The notes beneath the pieces are model-generated. The model was not told the DNA's origin, did not search any database, and was given only the letters and a program-made list of their open reading frames with translations. DNA of 64,000 nucleotides from a virus (taxonomy: Duplodnaviria; Caudoviricetes). Shown in pieces: positions 49,410 through 59,981 of the stretch (the stretch's first letter is position 1; each line of letters starts with the position of its first letter). The stretch lies in IMG/VR virus record IMGVR_UViG_3300028886_000051; one strand, written 5' to 3'. The translations under genes and the position numbers were made by a program.

Positions 49410-50042
49410 TCACCTACCTAAATTATTAATAGTTCTTGAAATACCATTTCTAGTTTCGGTAATTGAATTAGGCACAGTAGCTTGGAACATAAAAGTACGA
49501 ACAAGATAATTATTATCAGTTGTACTTTCCTGATCAGATATAATCATACATTGTGTTCCAAATATATTTGTCCAATTAATTTGTTCCTGAATAATTGCAG
49601 CTAACAAATCGTGACGTGGGATACCTGTCAATTTATCCATACGATCATTACCATGAATAAATATTGTAAATTTAACTTGTATATACTTTTCAACAGTATT
49701 ATATCTTGGGGATTCGTTAAAATTTACTTGATAACATATATAATGTTTTACTTCTGTCTGAGTATCTGGGATAAATAAAAAAGGACGGATATTTGAATTA
49801 CTTCCAAAATATCTATCCCATTCTCCAAGAGGTTCACCAGTTTTGGTATCCCAATTTATATTACCATCATCGTCAAACAATTCTGATTCAAGTTTTGTTT
49901 CATTAAGAGCATAAAGAAGTTCTGGACACCCCATAAGTTTTTTCTCAATTTTCTTTTTAAACCGAATAGTATCATTATCAGGTGTTTCTTTAAATGCCCT
50001 AAGTTTATTTAGCATATCTTGTTTAGTAATCATTTCTACCAT
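49410..50042 (-). CDS. Putative tail terminator/completion protein
   Basis: Position; RHDLLA.II motif. Confidence 0.5.
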   Translation of the reverse strand: MVEMITKQDMLNKLRAFKETPDNDTIRFKKKIEKKLMGCPELLYALNETKLESELFDDDGNINWDTKTGEPLGEWDRYFGSNSNIRPFLFIPDTQTEVKHYICYQVNFNESPRYNTVEKYIQVKFTIFIHGNDRMDKLTGIPRHDLLAAIIQEQINWTNIFGTQCMIISDQESTTDNNYLVRTFMFQATVPNSITETRNGISRTINNLGR

Positions 50043-50053
50043 ATAAACACCTC

Positions 50054-51319
50054 TTATTCAGTTATTTCAAATTGAAACTTTTCGCTATTTATATATCCTT
50101 GATGTTCATCAAAGATAATACATTGGATAATTAAAATCTTGCCAATAACCGAAGCGTCATTAGGAAACTTTACTTTCTTTTGGTTGTACTTTACACCAGC
50201 TCGCCATGTAACTTTATCAGTCCAATCTTCATCATCAATAGAGCAAGTCCATGTAAAGGTTGCATCAGCATATTCAGTTGTAATATCTTCATTGGAATCA
50301 TTAAATAGATTTACTGTGAGATTTTTATAAGAGCCACCAACTTTAATTGTTGAAGTGGATGCTGAAATTCTTGCTGTGATAGAAGATGGGGGAGTGGTTG
50401 GAGTAGATGGATCAGTTGGAGCAATTTCTGAATCGAAATAGTTCGCATACATTTCGCCTGTTTCAAGATTGACATAATCAGTATGCTCGTTAAAGAAGTT
50501 AGTGTACAATGTAAGTTTTTGCAACCCAAGTGGCATTGAATTTTCAACCTTGGTCACTGTCCATACTGTAGGATGTTCTGTTAAAGCACTTACTACAACA
50601 CGCATATTTTTAGAATCTTCAGAAGTGTACCAAAACTTCTCTGTAATAGAGTTCATTGGCAACCATATCTTATCCTGATTATCAGTATGTGTAAAATATC
50701 GGTCGGTGTAAGTGCCTATAGTGTAGGAATTCTGTTGTCTTAAACAACACCACATACGTCTCTTGATGCGCTTATCATTAGATTTTTCAATCCATGTAAG
50801 TTCGTAATTTACTGGTAAAATCAGATATTTTGGAAACTGATTTGCAGGTTCATTACGACAGACAATCCACTTATGATAAATTCCTCTATCATCTGGAACG
50901 TCCACGAAAAGCCCTATCGGAAATGTCGCTCCATAGCGTTTCCTAAAATCAGTCTCATAATAATAAAGGTCATCACCTTCATTGAATCTTACAGGCTGAC
51001 TTGGACGAAACATAAGATAGTATTCTACTTGATCTTTGTCCATTGACTGATAAGATTTGACAATAAACTTTGCATCTATCTTTGTCTTATTGGTATTTTC
51101 ATAAGTCATACCTTCAGCAAGAGAACGTGTAATTCCATGTTCATCTGTAAAGAAGTCATCATGAAAATGGTCATAGATGTAACAAGTCTTTGTAGCGATG
51201 TCGTTTTCAAATGTCTGTTCCATCGCCCAATCAGACTGTTCCTTATAAATCTGACCAATAGTTTTAGCACCGTTGTTCTTGGCGTTTGCGACACGCCTAG
51301 CTGTTTGTAGACTCGGCAT
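50054..51319 (-). CDS. Putative head-closure protein with C-terminal Ig-like domain
   Basis: Position; TIKVGGSYK...WTC Ig-like segment after a Pro/Thr linker. Confidence 0.55.
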   Translation of the reverse strand: MPSLQTARRVANAKNNGAKTIGQIYKEQSDWAMEQTFENDIATKTCYIYDHFHDDFFTDEHGITRSLAEGMTYENTNKTKIDAKFIVKSYQSMDKDQVEYYLMFRPSQPVRFNEGDDLYYYETDFRKRYGATFPIGLFVDVPDDRGIYHKWIVCRNEPANQFPKYLILPVNYELTWIEKSNDKRIKRRMWCCLRQQNSYTIGTYTDRYFTHTDNQDKIWLPMNSITEKFWYTSEDSKNMRVVVSALTEHPTVWTVTKVENSMPLGLQKLTLYTNFFNEHTDYVNLETGEMYANYFDSEIAPTDPSTPTTPPSSITARISASTSTIKVGGSYKNLTVNLFNDSNEDITTEYADATFTWTCSIDDEDWTDKVTWRAGVKYNQKKVKFPNDASVIGKILIIQCIIFDEHQGYINSEKFQFEITE

Positions 51320-51662
51320 CGCTTACACCTCCCTCAAACATCTGCTTAATATATCCGTGAGAATCTAAGATTGCTCTGCGGAATGTTGTATAATTAAAAT
51401 GATCACTTTTTGCATTATCTAATGCAGCCTGTAATTCAGACATTAATGTTACCATTACACCGTTATCATTAAATAAGGTTTTTGTGCCACCTAATTTAAA
51501 CATAACATTCTCAAAGAAGACGAGAAACGCTTCATCGTCTTCAAATATTTTCTCTTCAATTGTCTTGTCCTTATAGAGCAGTAGTTTGTGAATATCACCA
51601 TGCATTGCACGAACTGCTTCATTGATTTGCTTGTCTGTGAAGTCGCCATATATGTATTGCAT
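51297..51662 (-). CDS. Hypothetical head-tail region protein
   Basis: ORF starting MQYIYG. Confidence 0.6.
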   Translation of the reverse strand: MQYIYGDFTDKQINEAVRAMHGDIHKLLLYKDKTIEEKIFEDDEAFLVFFENVMFKLGGTKTLFNDNGVMVTLMSELQAALDNAKSDHFNYTTFRRAILDSHGYIKQMFEGGVSDAESTNS

Positions 51663-51663
51663 A

Positions 51664-52119
51664 TTAAGACTCCGTATTGATATAAGAATTGTACATATAT
51701 CCGTAATCACGAATACGTTTATTCAATTCAGTTTTCATGGAATCCAGACGGTCAATCATATTTTTATGATTATCAAGTAGCTTCTTTTCTTCCTTGCCGC
51801 CTATCATTACTGATGTGTGCATAATAGAATCAACCTGTGGTTGTAACCACTCAATCGTCATTCCAAGTACAAGAATTCCTACGACAAAATTCATATCAGC
51901 CGTTTCGTCTACTGAATTATTCAGTGTAAAATCCAACTGTTGAATTTCATCATCGAGTGTGAGAGAAGAGAATAATCTACGCACTCTTGGATTAGAAATT
52001 ACATTGCTTAATCGTTCTGTATATATCTCAAGCAAATCATTTTCGTCAAGAGAGAGTTCTTTCGGATCTGAAATTCGTCCTCTTGTTCGTGAAAAAATTG
52101 TTTCGTATGGAAGCGTCAT
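51664..52119 (-). CDS. Putative head-tail adaptor
   Basis: Position after the capsid genes; helical; M..EWL.P motif. Confidence 0.55.
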   Translation of the reverse strand: MTLPYETIFSRTRGRISDPKELSLDENDLLEIYTERLSNVISNPRVRRLFSSLTLDDEIQQLDFTLNNSVDETADMNFVVGILVLGMTIEWLQPQVDSIMHTSVMIGGKEEKKLLDNHKNMIDRLDSMKTELNKRIRDYGYMYNSYINTES

Positions 52120-52134
52120 TGTGAGCCTCCTTTA

Positions 52135-52677
52135 CTATTCCTGAACTAATGTAAGTAACATTTTTGTACCAAAAATTTCATCAAGAGCCTTAATTTTGTG
52201 AACTGAATCAAGTGCATGAGATTCAATCATTGTAGAAGCAATACCTTTAAGAGCTTCCTTTGCTCCCTTTGGAAGCTTTTTAATTGTTTCTGACATCTGA
52301 GGAACAGGAAGATTTAAAATCTCATTTAAGTCACTTGTTTCATACATGGACTCATATAAGTCTTTTACAGACTTATTCTGTTCAACAAAATCTTCATCCT
52401 CAATAATAATTCTTGGTGAATAAATGTTTACATCTTCACGAGTTCTAACGAGATAAATTAAATCTCTATATTCAACATCAACTACATCTCCACAGTCAGC
52501 CCAGCTATAAAGGATATGTGAACGTGCTCCCTCAATATAAAGTCCACCACTTACTAATGAGCGACATGGAACAGTATCTTCAGGTGAGAATGTTCTTACA
52601 TCTTCTTTAACTTCTGTAGTTTTTGTTATCTTTTCTGTACTACCAGTAGTAGCAGTAGTTTTCTTTGTATATGCCAT
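52135..52677 (-). CDS. Hypothetical virion/assembly protein
   Basis: ORF directly downstream of the capsid gene. Confidence 0.65.
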   Translation of the reverse strand: MAYTKKTTATTGSTEKITKTTEVKEDVRTFSPEDTVPCRSLVSGGLYIEGARSHILYSWADCGDVVDVEYRDLIYLVRTREDVNIYSPRIIIEDEDFVEQNKSVKDLYESMYETSDLNEILNLPVPQMSETIKKLPKGAKEALKGIASTMIESHALDSVHKIKALDEIFGTKMLLTLVQE

Positions 52678-52749
52678 TTCCTTTCAATTCCTTTCAAAAA
52701 ATAGGAGAGTGGATTGCCACTCTCCGTATAATCAATCTATAAGTAAATC

Positions 52750-53808
52750 TTACAGATCCCACTCACCATGATAACGAGTCATAAGAGTTGCAACACCCAT
52801 ACGTCTCTGTACCTCATAAGACTGCATATCATCCTTAGTAGCACCCTTTTCGTTTACTTCAAGTTCAGTCTCTCCATAGTCAACAAACTTGATAAATCTA
52901 TCATCAACTGCTGGCATGATATAAAGCTTCTTGTTATCAACGATAGGAGTAGCAAGAGACTTATCAGTAAACTTCTGTGGAATCTCCATAAGAGGTGTTC
53001 CTTCGTAGCCACCGATAATACCTGTGTTTGCTACAGACTCCTTGATTGAATTAGCAGGATCAGCCCAATCAACCTTTGTAAGAGCATTAAGAGACTTTAA
53101 TGCTGTCTTAGTACCCATGATTACAACACCGCTTTCGTTAGCAGCACCAACCTTTTCGATAATTGCATCAAACTGAGCCTTTGTAGAAGCAGCTAAAGTA
53201 CCAGTACCCTTGAGAGTAGCAGGAACAGGAATAAGGTTTACACCATTTGCAAACTGAGAAGAAATGAGTGTCTGAACCTTCTGGATATAAGCCTTAACAA
53301 CCGCATCCACGAAAGCACCCCAATCCTTACGACCAGTTAAGAAGAGACGAATATCTCCACCAACCTTGATACCATATACTGCTGTATCAACATGATAAGA
53401 CTGACCAGAACCTAAACGCTGGATGGATAAGTCATGTGCGTCACCGCTGACCTTACTTACAGTAAGTAATACTTCATCATCAGTCCAGAACTCGTTAACA
53501 TCTCCATCTTTCATGTTTTTAGACTCAACATAGTTATTGAAGAACTCATTCTCAGAAAGTCCATGAGCAATCTGAGTATCAATAATCTCTTCAATTACCT
53601 CGAAGAACTGTGTTCCTCTCTCAGAGTTTAAAGCTCTCTTAATCTGCTTATTTGTAGAATCCTTAGTAAGTCCAAGGAAATCGAAACAAGCCTTTCTAAT
53701 TGTGTCACTAGCTTCTTCCTTAGAAATTACACGATTAGAATCAGTATCATAAATTTCACGACCTGCACCGAGGTCAAACATAAGATTTTTTACACTTGTA
53801 TCTAACAT
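52750..53808 (-). CDS. Major capsid protein
   Basis: 352 aa, strong RBS, G.Y.GTPL.EI motif, position. Confidence 0.8.
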   Translation of the reverse strand: MLDTSVKNLMFDLGAGREIYDTDSNRVISKEEASDTIRKACFDFLGLTKDSTNKQIKRALNSERGTQFFEVIEEIIDTQIAHGLSENEFFNNYVESKNMKDGDVNEFWTDDEVLLTVSKVSGDAHDLSIQRLGSGQSYHVDTAVYGIKVGGDIRLFLTGRKDWGAFVDAVVKAYIQKVQTLISSQFANGVNLIPVPATLKGTGTLAASTKAQFDAIIEKVGAANESGVVIMGTKTALKSLNALTKVDWADPANSIKESVANTGIIGGYEGTPLMEIPQKFTDKSLATPIVDNKKLYIMPAVDDRFIKFVDYGETELEVNEKGATKDDMQSYEVQRRMGVATLMTRYHGEWDL

Positions 53809-53833
53809 TTATTTATTTCTCCTTTCTCAAAAA

Positions 53834-54328
53834 TTAGGCTTTCTTTGTAAGCTGCATAGCGGCAGTTACACCAGAAATTGCTTTGAGTTTAACACCGTCT
53901 TTAACAGCGATGTCACCAGAAAATCCATCTGCTGAAATTTCAACTACATCACCAACTGCGAGTTCATAAGCTCTAACTACCTGAGTAGGAGCATTTGTAT
54001 AGTTGCTTTCTTTCTTAAATGTGTTGCTATATGTCTCCTCGATCATTGGCACCTGGTATACAAACAGGGCATCTCCAGGAGTTACTACTTCTACATAGAA
54101 ATTTCCATTATTTGCCTTACCAACGACCTTTCCTTCAAATGAAGTAGGTGCTGCTGCTTTATAAAGATCTAACTCTACGAATTCACCCTTACCAACGAAC
54201 CATCCGTTGTCTACATAAGCACTTGCTGCTTCTGCTAACTGAATGTTATAAATATGCTTTCCACCATCTCTTGCGAGAACTTTAGAAGGGAAAGCCACTG
54301 CATGTTTTGCAATAGTCATCTGAATCAT
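53834..54328 (-). CDS. Capsid decoration/stabilising protein
   Basis: DNG.FV and R.Y.L..GD motifs; between scaffold and capsid genes. Confidence 0.6.
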   Translation of the reverse strand: MIQMTIAKHAVAFPSKVLARDGGKHIYNIQLAEAASAYVDNGWFVGKGEFVELDLYKAAAPTSFEGKVVGKANNGNFYVEVVTPGDALFVYQVPMIEETYSNTFKKESNYTNAPTQVVRAYELAVGDVVEISADGFSGDIAVKDGVKLKAISGVTAAMQLTKKA

Positions 54329-54406
54329 TTATTTTTCCTCCTTAAATTTTTGCATTAAAAAAGACACTCAAATTGAGTGTCATTACATTGATTTATATTT
54401 CTTGTT

Positions 54407-56098
54407 TTATTTGCTAAAAAGATTTCCGTAACGGTTATCCTTCTTAGACTTGTTTACATTAGCGAATACTTTCACAGTTGATTTTTTATGAGTTTTCTCA
54501 GTAGTAGCTGCAAAAGTCTTCATATTAGAATCTGCATAGATAAGTTTTGCTTCCTTCTCTAAATCTTCGAGAGAGTAGTTATCCATATTTGTATACAGTT
54601 TCTCAAAATCCTTATTAATGAAATTTCCTTCTTCATCTTTTTCGGAAATAGAAGAGAAGTTTTCATTTGCGAGAATTTCCTCACGCTTTGCGTGAAGTTC
54701 ATTCTTTTCTGCTGTCTCCTTAAACTCTTTAAGTGCAGCGTAGTTTGAACGCATAGACTGTAACTCTGCAAATTCACTATCTGTTAAAAGTTCACGATGT
54801 AAATTGTATCTTTCTCCATCAAAAGCTACATTATCACCGTCTTTTGTATAGTTCTGACCGAAGATTTTATCACCATTCCAATTCTCATATGTAAAATGAT
54901 CATCGTAAACAGCGTTGATAAAGTACCACTCATTATCAGCGTCTTCATATTCAGATAAAAGCTGGTAAAGTGCATATTTTGTATCTTCGTGACTGATTTC
55001 ATATGTACGAACAATCTTTTCAAAAGTCTGACTTCCTCCTTCATCACCATCTGGATCAGAAGTTCCTTCGCCATCACCTTCTCCATCATTGGAAGGCTCA
55101 CCAGATTCTCCGTTATCTGAATTGTCTCCATCTGAATTGTCATCATCGAACATCTCAGCGAATTTTGCTTCAAGTTCCTCATCTGACATTTCTGCATAGT
55201 CGAATGTTACATCTTCAGCAGTCTTACCATATTTGGCAAGTAACTCTTCAAATTTTGTCATTTTGTTATTTGTTCCTCCTTCCTTTGATTGTGTTTGAAC
55301 AGAAGTTTGTTCTTTATTGAAATTAGAAAGTGTCTTGTTAAGATTTTCTAAGAGTTCAATCATTTTTTCATCTTTGTCAAATTTTACTGAATTGTTATTT
55401 ACACTAAAATCTGCAATATCGGCACGAGAACCTTCCATGCCTTCCTGAATTTCTGTACCATCGTCATGACTTCCTAACAAAGTCGAAGCATTTACATAAA
55501 AATCGTTTAATTCAAGATACTTCTCCTTGGCATTGTAGGAGAGTTCATCAATGAAAAGCTCGCAACTATTTTTTGAACCTTGTTTTGCACGAATAATTTC
55601 ACAAGCTTTTGTATATTCTTCACTGATATAAGCATAAGCACATACATAATCTTTATCTAAGTTATCATCATGTTCCCAAAATGCAGGTTCAGATGAAAAA
55701 GAACCAACTTGAGATTCAATATATCTCAGTTCTTCTTTACCTTTTTCGTCTTTAACAATTTCCATCTCATGACCTTCAAAATCCCAACTGCCATCGTCAA
55801 GCTGATGGATTGCAGCTAACACAGGTCTGTCAGCAATTGTATTCATTGCTTTCTCAGCAGCATCCTTTGATACATAACTCTTATTTCTGTTAAGTCCTGT
55901 ATGAAAAATTCTGAATTTAAGACGCATCATTCCACGATGATTTTCATCTACGGTACTGTCTATCTCAAAAGTAGTAGGTACTTTTAAAGCCAACTGATAG
56001 CCAGTATCTTTAGAACTGAATTTTGCAAATTTTTGTTCTTGGCAAAATTTTAGTAAATCATCTTCAGTTAAAATTTTCTTTTTAATAACCTTTGGCAT
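54407..56098 (-). CDS. Prohead protease-scaffold fusion
   Basis: HTGLNRN.S, S.EL, LLG protease-like N-terminus; acidic linker and coiled C-terminus. Confidence 0.7.
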   Translation of the reverse strand: MPKVIKKKILTEDDLLKFCQEQKFAKFSSKDTGYQLALKVPTTFEIDSTVDENHRGMMRLKFRIFHTGLNRNKSYVSKDAAEKAMNTIADRPVLAAIHQLDDGSWDFEGHEMEIVKDEKGKEELRYIESQVGSFSSEPAFWEHDDNLDKDYVCAYAYISEEYTKACEIIRAKQGSKNSCELFIDELSYNAKEKYLELNDFYVNASTLLGSHDDGTEIQEGMEGSRADIADFSVNNNSVKFDKDEKMIELLENLNKTLSNFNKEQTSVQTQSKEGGTNNKMTKFEELLAKYGKTAEDVTFDYAEMSDEELEAKFAEMFDDDNSDGDNSDNGESGEPSNDGEGDGEGTSDPDGDEGGSQTFEKIVRTYEISHEDTKYALYQLLSEYEDADNEWYFINAVYDDHFTYENWNGDKIFGQNYTKDGDNVAFDGERYNLHRELLTDSEFAELQSMRSNYAALKEFKETAEKNELHAKREEILANENFSSISEKDEEGNFINKDFEKLYTNMDNYSLEDLEKEAKLIYADSNMKTFAATTEKTHKKSTVKVFANVNKSKKDNRYGNLFSK

Positions 56099-56153
56099 TA
56101 TTTAACCTATTCCTCCTTTCTTTGTTGATATACCACTCAAAGTAGGGGAGTGG

Positions 56154-56327
56154 TTAGAATGTAAGCATATTGCTATACTGAATTTTATTATTTGTATTTT
56201 CAAAAATGAGAGAGTGGTTATTTACAAATGTAGCCACGTTCCCATCTTGAGATACCAGTTTAAAACCTTCTTTAAGAAGTTTTTCCTTTGTCTCCTTATC
56301 GGAGGTTTTAATAAAATTGTATTTCAT
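56154..56327 (-). CDS. 57-aa hypothetical protein
   Basis: AAGGAGG RBS; MKYNFIKTSDKET..KL...GF. Confidence 0.6.
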   Translation of the reverse strand: MKYNFIKTSDKETKEKLLKEGFKLVSQDGNVATFVNNHSLIFENTNNKIQYSNMLTF

Positions 56328-56342
56328 ATTAAGATACCTCCT

Positions 56343-57920
56343 TTATTTATTATTGAGATCCTCGTCTCTCGTGCGAAGTCCAGCATCTGTAAGTTCTGTT
56401 TCATCCTTTTCAGGCTTACCACCTTGATTATCACCAGATTGTGTATATGAGGTGCTAAATGGTTTCAATTTCTCGCCAAGATTTAAACAATCTTCCTCCA
56501 AGAAGTTCATAGCAAGAGTATCTTTCTCAGATACACCATTTAATGTGTTATAAAGAATCTTATTTGGTAATCCATTTTGACACGATTCCAAAATAGATTT
56601 CTTAAAATCATCTTTCTGATAAATTGAAACATCAAAGAATTTGACCTTACAAGGTTCAGATATCCAACTAGATAAAAGTCTGTTTACAATCGCTTGAATC
56701 TGCGGAATGAGAGTTGAAATAGAAAATGTAGAATCTGCAAGTACGCCATATTTAAAGGCAGTAGAGTTAGAAGCAGAGTTTAGATTTAATATCTGAGCAC
56801 CACCAGCTGTATTAAGAATTTCTTTTGTAGCTTTTTCAACCTTTGTAACATCACCTGTTGCATCATCTGGAAAACTAATTTCGTGTAATTCACCAGGAAC
56901 AATAGCAGCAGAAATATAGGGTGGTAATGCTTCTTCAAGCATACGATTAAAATATTGAATCATTATATCTGGATTTACAGCCCAATCATCTACATCATTT
57001 CCCATAGTTTTCATTTCAAGCCATACTAATTTATAAATATTAGCTGCCTGTTGAACTGCCTGATAATCAGAAGCATCCATAAGGTCAATTAGTGATAAGA
57101 ATATAGGAGTGAGCACAGGAACAATTGTTTCCCAATCCTCTGACCTGAATTTAATACAGACATTATATTCTTCTGGAATTAGCTGATATTTTTCGTTTGT
57201 ACTCTGATATGTGTTCCACATAGTATTGAATGGTTTTCCCCAATATTCTAATAACTCTGAATTTCGCTTAAAGTAACTCATATCCATTGCACATGCGAAT
57301 GAGCCATCAGGAAATACACCTGCAATTCTCATATACGATGGATCAAGTGGAAGAATAAACATTCCCTGTCCCTCTGTGTAATAAGCACATCCATAAAATG
57401 CATCTTCTCGAAGTGTTATAGATGCAGCTTTACGAAACTCATAATTCAATCCAAGAGTATCTACAACATCAACTGTTTCTTGATACTTTTGCAATGTGGA
57501 TTTTATGTCATTATTATCTGAAATTATAAATGGGGGAACTATGTTACGAATAGATAAATCAATTTGATTTGCATAATATTTGCAAAGACGATAGTAGATT
57601 TCTGAACGATAATAAAGATAACGAGATAAACTTCTAAGACTTGCTTCACTAGAAGAAATGTTTTTAATATAATCTTTTACATCTTCCTTGGAATAATTAC
57701 TAATTGTAGTATATGTCTTGGATTTCTGAATATCTCGAAGACTTGTAATTGCACTTGTTGCGTCTTCATAACGTTCAAGTCTGCTTTTATTTTTCTCATA
57801 CCATTCACGCATTTCATTTGCGGTTGGCTGTTTAAGAGTAGAAGAAGCGGTTTTCTTCTGCGAATTATTTACTTTAGCAGGTGCATTAGAATTTGCATCT
57901 ACTTTCTTTGGTCTAGGCAT
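56343..57920 (-). CDS. Portal protein
   Basis: 525 aa directly after terminase; LR.LS.YLY motif; C-terminal GGKP. Confidence 0.8.
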   Translation of the reverse strand: MPRPKKVDANSNAPAKVNNSQKKTASSTLKQPTANEMREWYEKNKSRLERYEDATSAITSLRDIQKSKTYTTISNYSKEDVKDYIKNISSSEASLRSLSRYLYYRSEIYYRLCKYYANQIDLSIRNIVPPFIISDNNDIKSTLQKYQETVDVVDTLGLNYEFRKAASITLREDAFYGCAYYTEGQGMFILPLDPSYMRIAGVFPDGSFACAMDMSYFKRNSELLEYWGKPFNTMWNTYQSTNEKYQLIPEEYNVCIKFRSEDWETIVPVLTPIFLSLIDLMDASDYQAVQQAANIYKLVWLEMKTMGNDVDDWAVNPDIMIQYFNRMLEEALPPYISAAIVPGELHEISFPDDATGDVTKVEKATKEILNTAGGAQILNLNSASNSTAFKYGVLADSTFSISTLIPQIQAIVNRLLSSWISEPCKVKFFDVSIYQKDDFKKSILESCQNGLPNKILYNTLNGVSEKDTLAMNFLEEDCLNLGEKLKPFSTSYTQSGDNQGGKPEKDETELTDAGLRTRDEDLNNK

Positions 57921-57938
57921 ATTTGATAATGCACCTCC

Positions 57939-59981
57939 TTAATTATATTTTGCTTTACGGATTGTAAGCTTATTGATGAAACTTGTGGCATCTTCAGTTG
58001 GACGTTTTTTGTTTGTGATTGCTTTCCTACGTTCACACATAAGGGCGTAAGAAGCCATACATGCCGTGTAAGCCCTATCATCATGGAGCTTGTTGGCTTT
58101 TTCTGGTGTAAGTTCAAACGAATCCTTTCCAGAATCACGCTTTTTACGAACCATATTGACAAGCTCTTCTTTTAAAGCATCAATATTAGCAAGAGCAATT
58201 TCATCCTGCCAATCAAGTTTTATAGTTTTTGTATTAACTGATTGAATTTTCCCAAGTTCATCATTTAAACGACTTTCAAATTCTTTCTCATTGAGTTTTT
58301 CCTTTTTAAGTTCTTTTGTTATCTTTTCTCTTGCTTGAGAGAGTTTTTCTTCGTCAATATCAAAAACAGTTAAATATCCTTTATTGTCATATGGGGCAGT
58401 AAAACTAACTTTATCTTGATTGATTAATTCAATCATTGCTTCGTACATTTCTGATTTAAAAGCAGTAGGAGACATGAGATGAATCTTATCTACTGCATTA
58501 GGAAATTTTTTAACGTAATCAGCAGAATATTCTTTATCAATCAATCCTCTGTGAACTATTCCAGCAGAATCTGTCCAATCTGGCATAAGATAATCAGCAA
58601 TATTAACACCGCCTCCGCCTGAACCAGCGTCTATATAAATTCCAATGATATTTCTATAAGCATCAGCACCACCATTATAATCAAGAATAACTTTTTTTAA
58701 ATATGCAATCTGATCTGGCGTTTGCATAGGAGATTTAATCTTCTTTCCTACGTCTACTAAGTTTATACAATTTACAAGTCGCATTCTTGTATCAATACTT
58801 CCGTCAACTTGTTCAAAATCATATATTTCTCCAACAAGAATAACTGAATTATCACGACTTCTGGCAGGATCGTATGTAATGACAAATTTCTTATCACCTG
58901 TATCATTATAAAGAAGCGGTTTACGAACTTCTTCATTTCGTGTAATAACTCCTCTTCTAATAATGGCATCGCTTCCAGCGTCAGTAGTGAATTCGCAAAA
59001 ATATTCTCGTCTAGCTTTTTCAGAATTGGTTCTCATATCTGAATCAATAGTAGATTTCTCAAACAGAGGTGCCATCATCTGACCATGAATAGTAGGGTGG
59101 AGTGGTACTTCACATGTTATATTTGCGACAAAGTAATCCTTATTACCCATTAACATTTGTTTTGAAAATTCACGATAAAGAGAATAATATTTTGTAGAAG
59201 TATCAGAAGCGGAAGATATGTAGAATTTTTGGTTTGGAATTTCTTTTGGAATTGCTCTTAATCGAACAGTATCAATTCTATTGCCATCTCTATCTTTACC
59301 AGATTTAAAACTTTTATTTACAATGGCAAAAGCTGAGTAAACAGACATCATTTCATCAGAAAGAAAACCGCACTCATCGAAAATTACGTTTCCCCTCATA
59401 CCTCTTTTTCGATCCACGTTAGAGTTCAATGTCTGTGTAAATCCGCCGTTAAAAGTAGAATACGAAAACCCATTACTTCCATGTGAAAATCCGTCCCCTG
59501 CAGCATTTTTTATTTCAATTTCAGCTTTGAATATATATCCAGTAGAACCCATCATCGTATCAATATTATCATTTGCAAGTCGTTCCAAAGTAGTAAAAGT
59601 TTGTTCAGCCTGACTACCGCTACCACTTGCAATATACGTCCAGTAGTTGTTAAATAACATATCCTTTGACATTATGATTATGTCGATAAGCGTAGATTTA
59701 CCAAATCCACGGCTACACACTAACAACACATTAGGGCATGTCCAACTTTGCTGAACTATCCAAGCCTGTGCATCCAATAATTCTATATTAAAAAAATCAT
59801 TTATAAATCTTACTGGATTACATTGATAATACTTTTGCATATAAGCAATTTTTATCAAGGATTCAATTTTCCTTGATGACATTGCATATGTGCCTGGTTT
59901 TACATAAATAACGTCTTCTTGAATACATTGATCATCATATTTAATCATATCTAATGAATCAGTTATATCTTTAAATCTCAT
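57939..59981 (-). CDS. terL: Terminase large subunit
   Basis: SRGFGKS Walker A, RG.R, VIFDE Walker B, DPA, HDDR. Confidence 0.92.
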   Translation of the reverse strand: MRFKDITDSLDMIKYDDQCIQEDVIYVKPGTYAMSSRKIESLIKIAYMQKYYQCNPVRFINDFFNIELLDAQAWIVQQSWTCPNVLLVCSRGFGKSTLIDIIIMSKDMLFNNYWTYIASGSGSQAEQTFTTLERLANDNIDTMMGSTGYIFKAEIEIKNAAGDGFSHGSNGFSYSTFNGGFTQTLNSNVDRKRGMRGNVIFDECGFLSDEMMSVYSAFAIVNKSFKSGKDRDGNRIDTVRLRAIPKEIPNQKFYISSASDTSTKYYSLYREFSKQMLMGNKDYFVANITCEVPLHPTIHGQMMAPLFEKSTIDSDMRTNSEKARREYFCEFTTDAGSDAIIRRGVITRNEEVRKPLLYNDTGDKKFVITYDPARSRDNSVILVGEIYDFEQVDGSIDTRMRLVNCINLVDVGKKIKSPMQTPDQIAYLKKVILDYNGGADAYRNIIGIYIDAGSGGGGVNIADYLMPDWTDSAGIVHRGLIDKEYSADYVKKFPNAVDKIHLMSPTAFKSEMYEAMIELINQDKVSFTAPYDNKGYLTVFDIDEEKLSQAREKITKELKKEKLNEKEFESRLNDELGKIQSVNTKTIKLDWQDEIALANIDALKEELVNMVRKKRDSGKDSFELTPEKANKLHDDRAYTACMASYALMCERRKAITNKKRPTEDATSFINKLTIRKAKYN

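Noticed and set aside
2288-59981. Inteins or introns in dnaE, ligA, nrdD or terL
   Set aside because: Lengths are normal and no intein end motifs or frame breaks were seen
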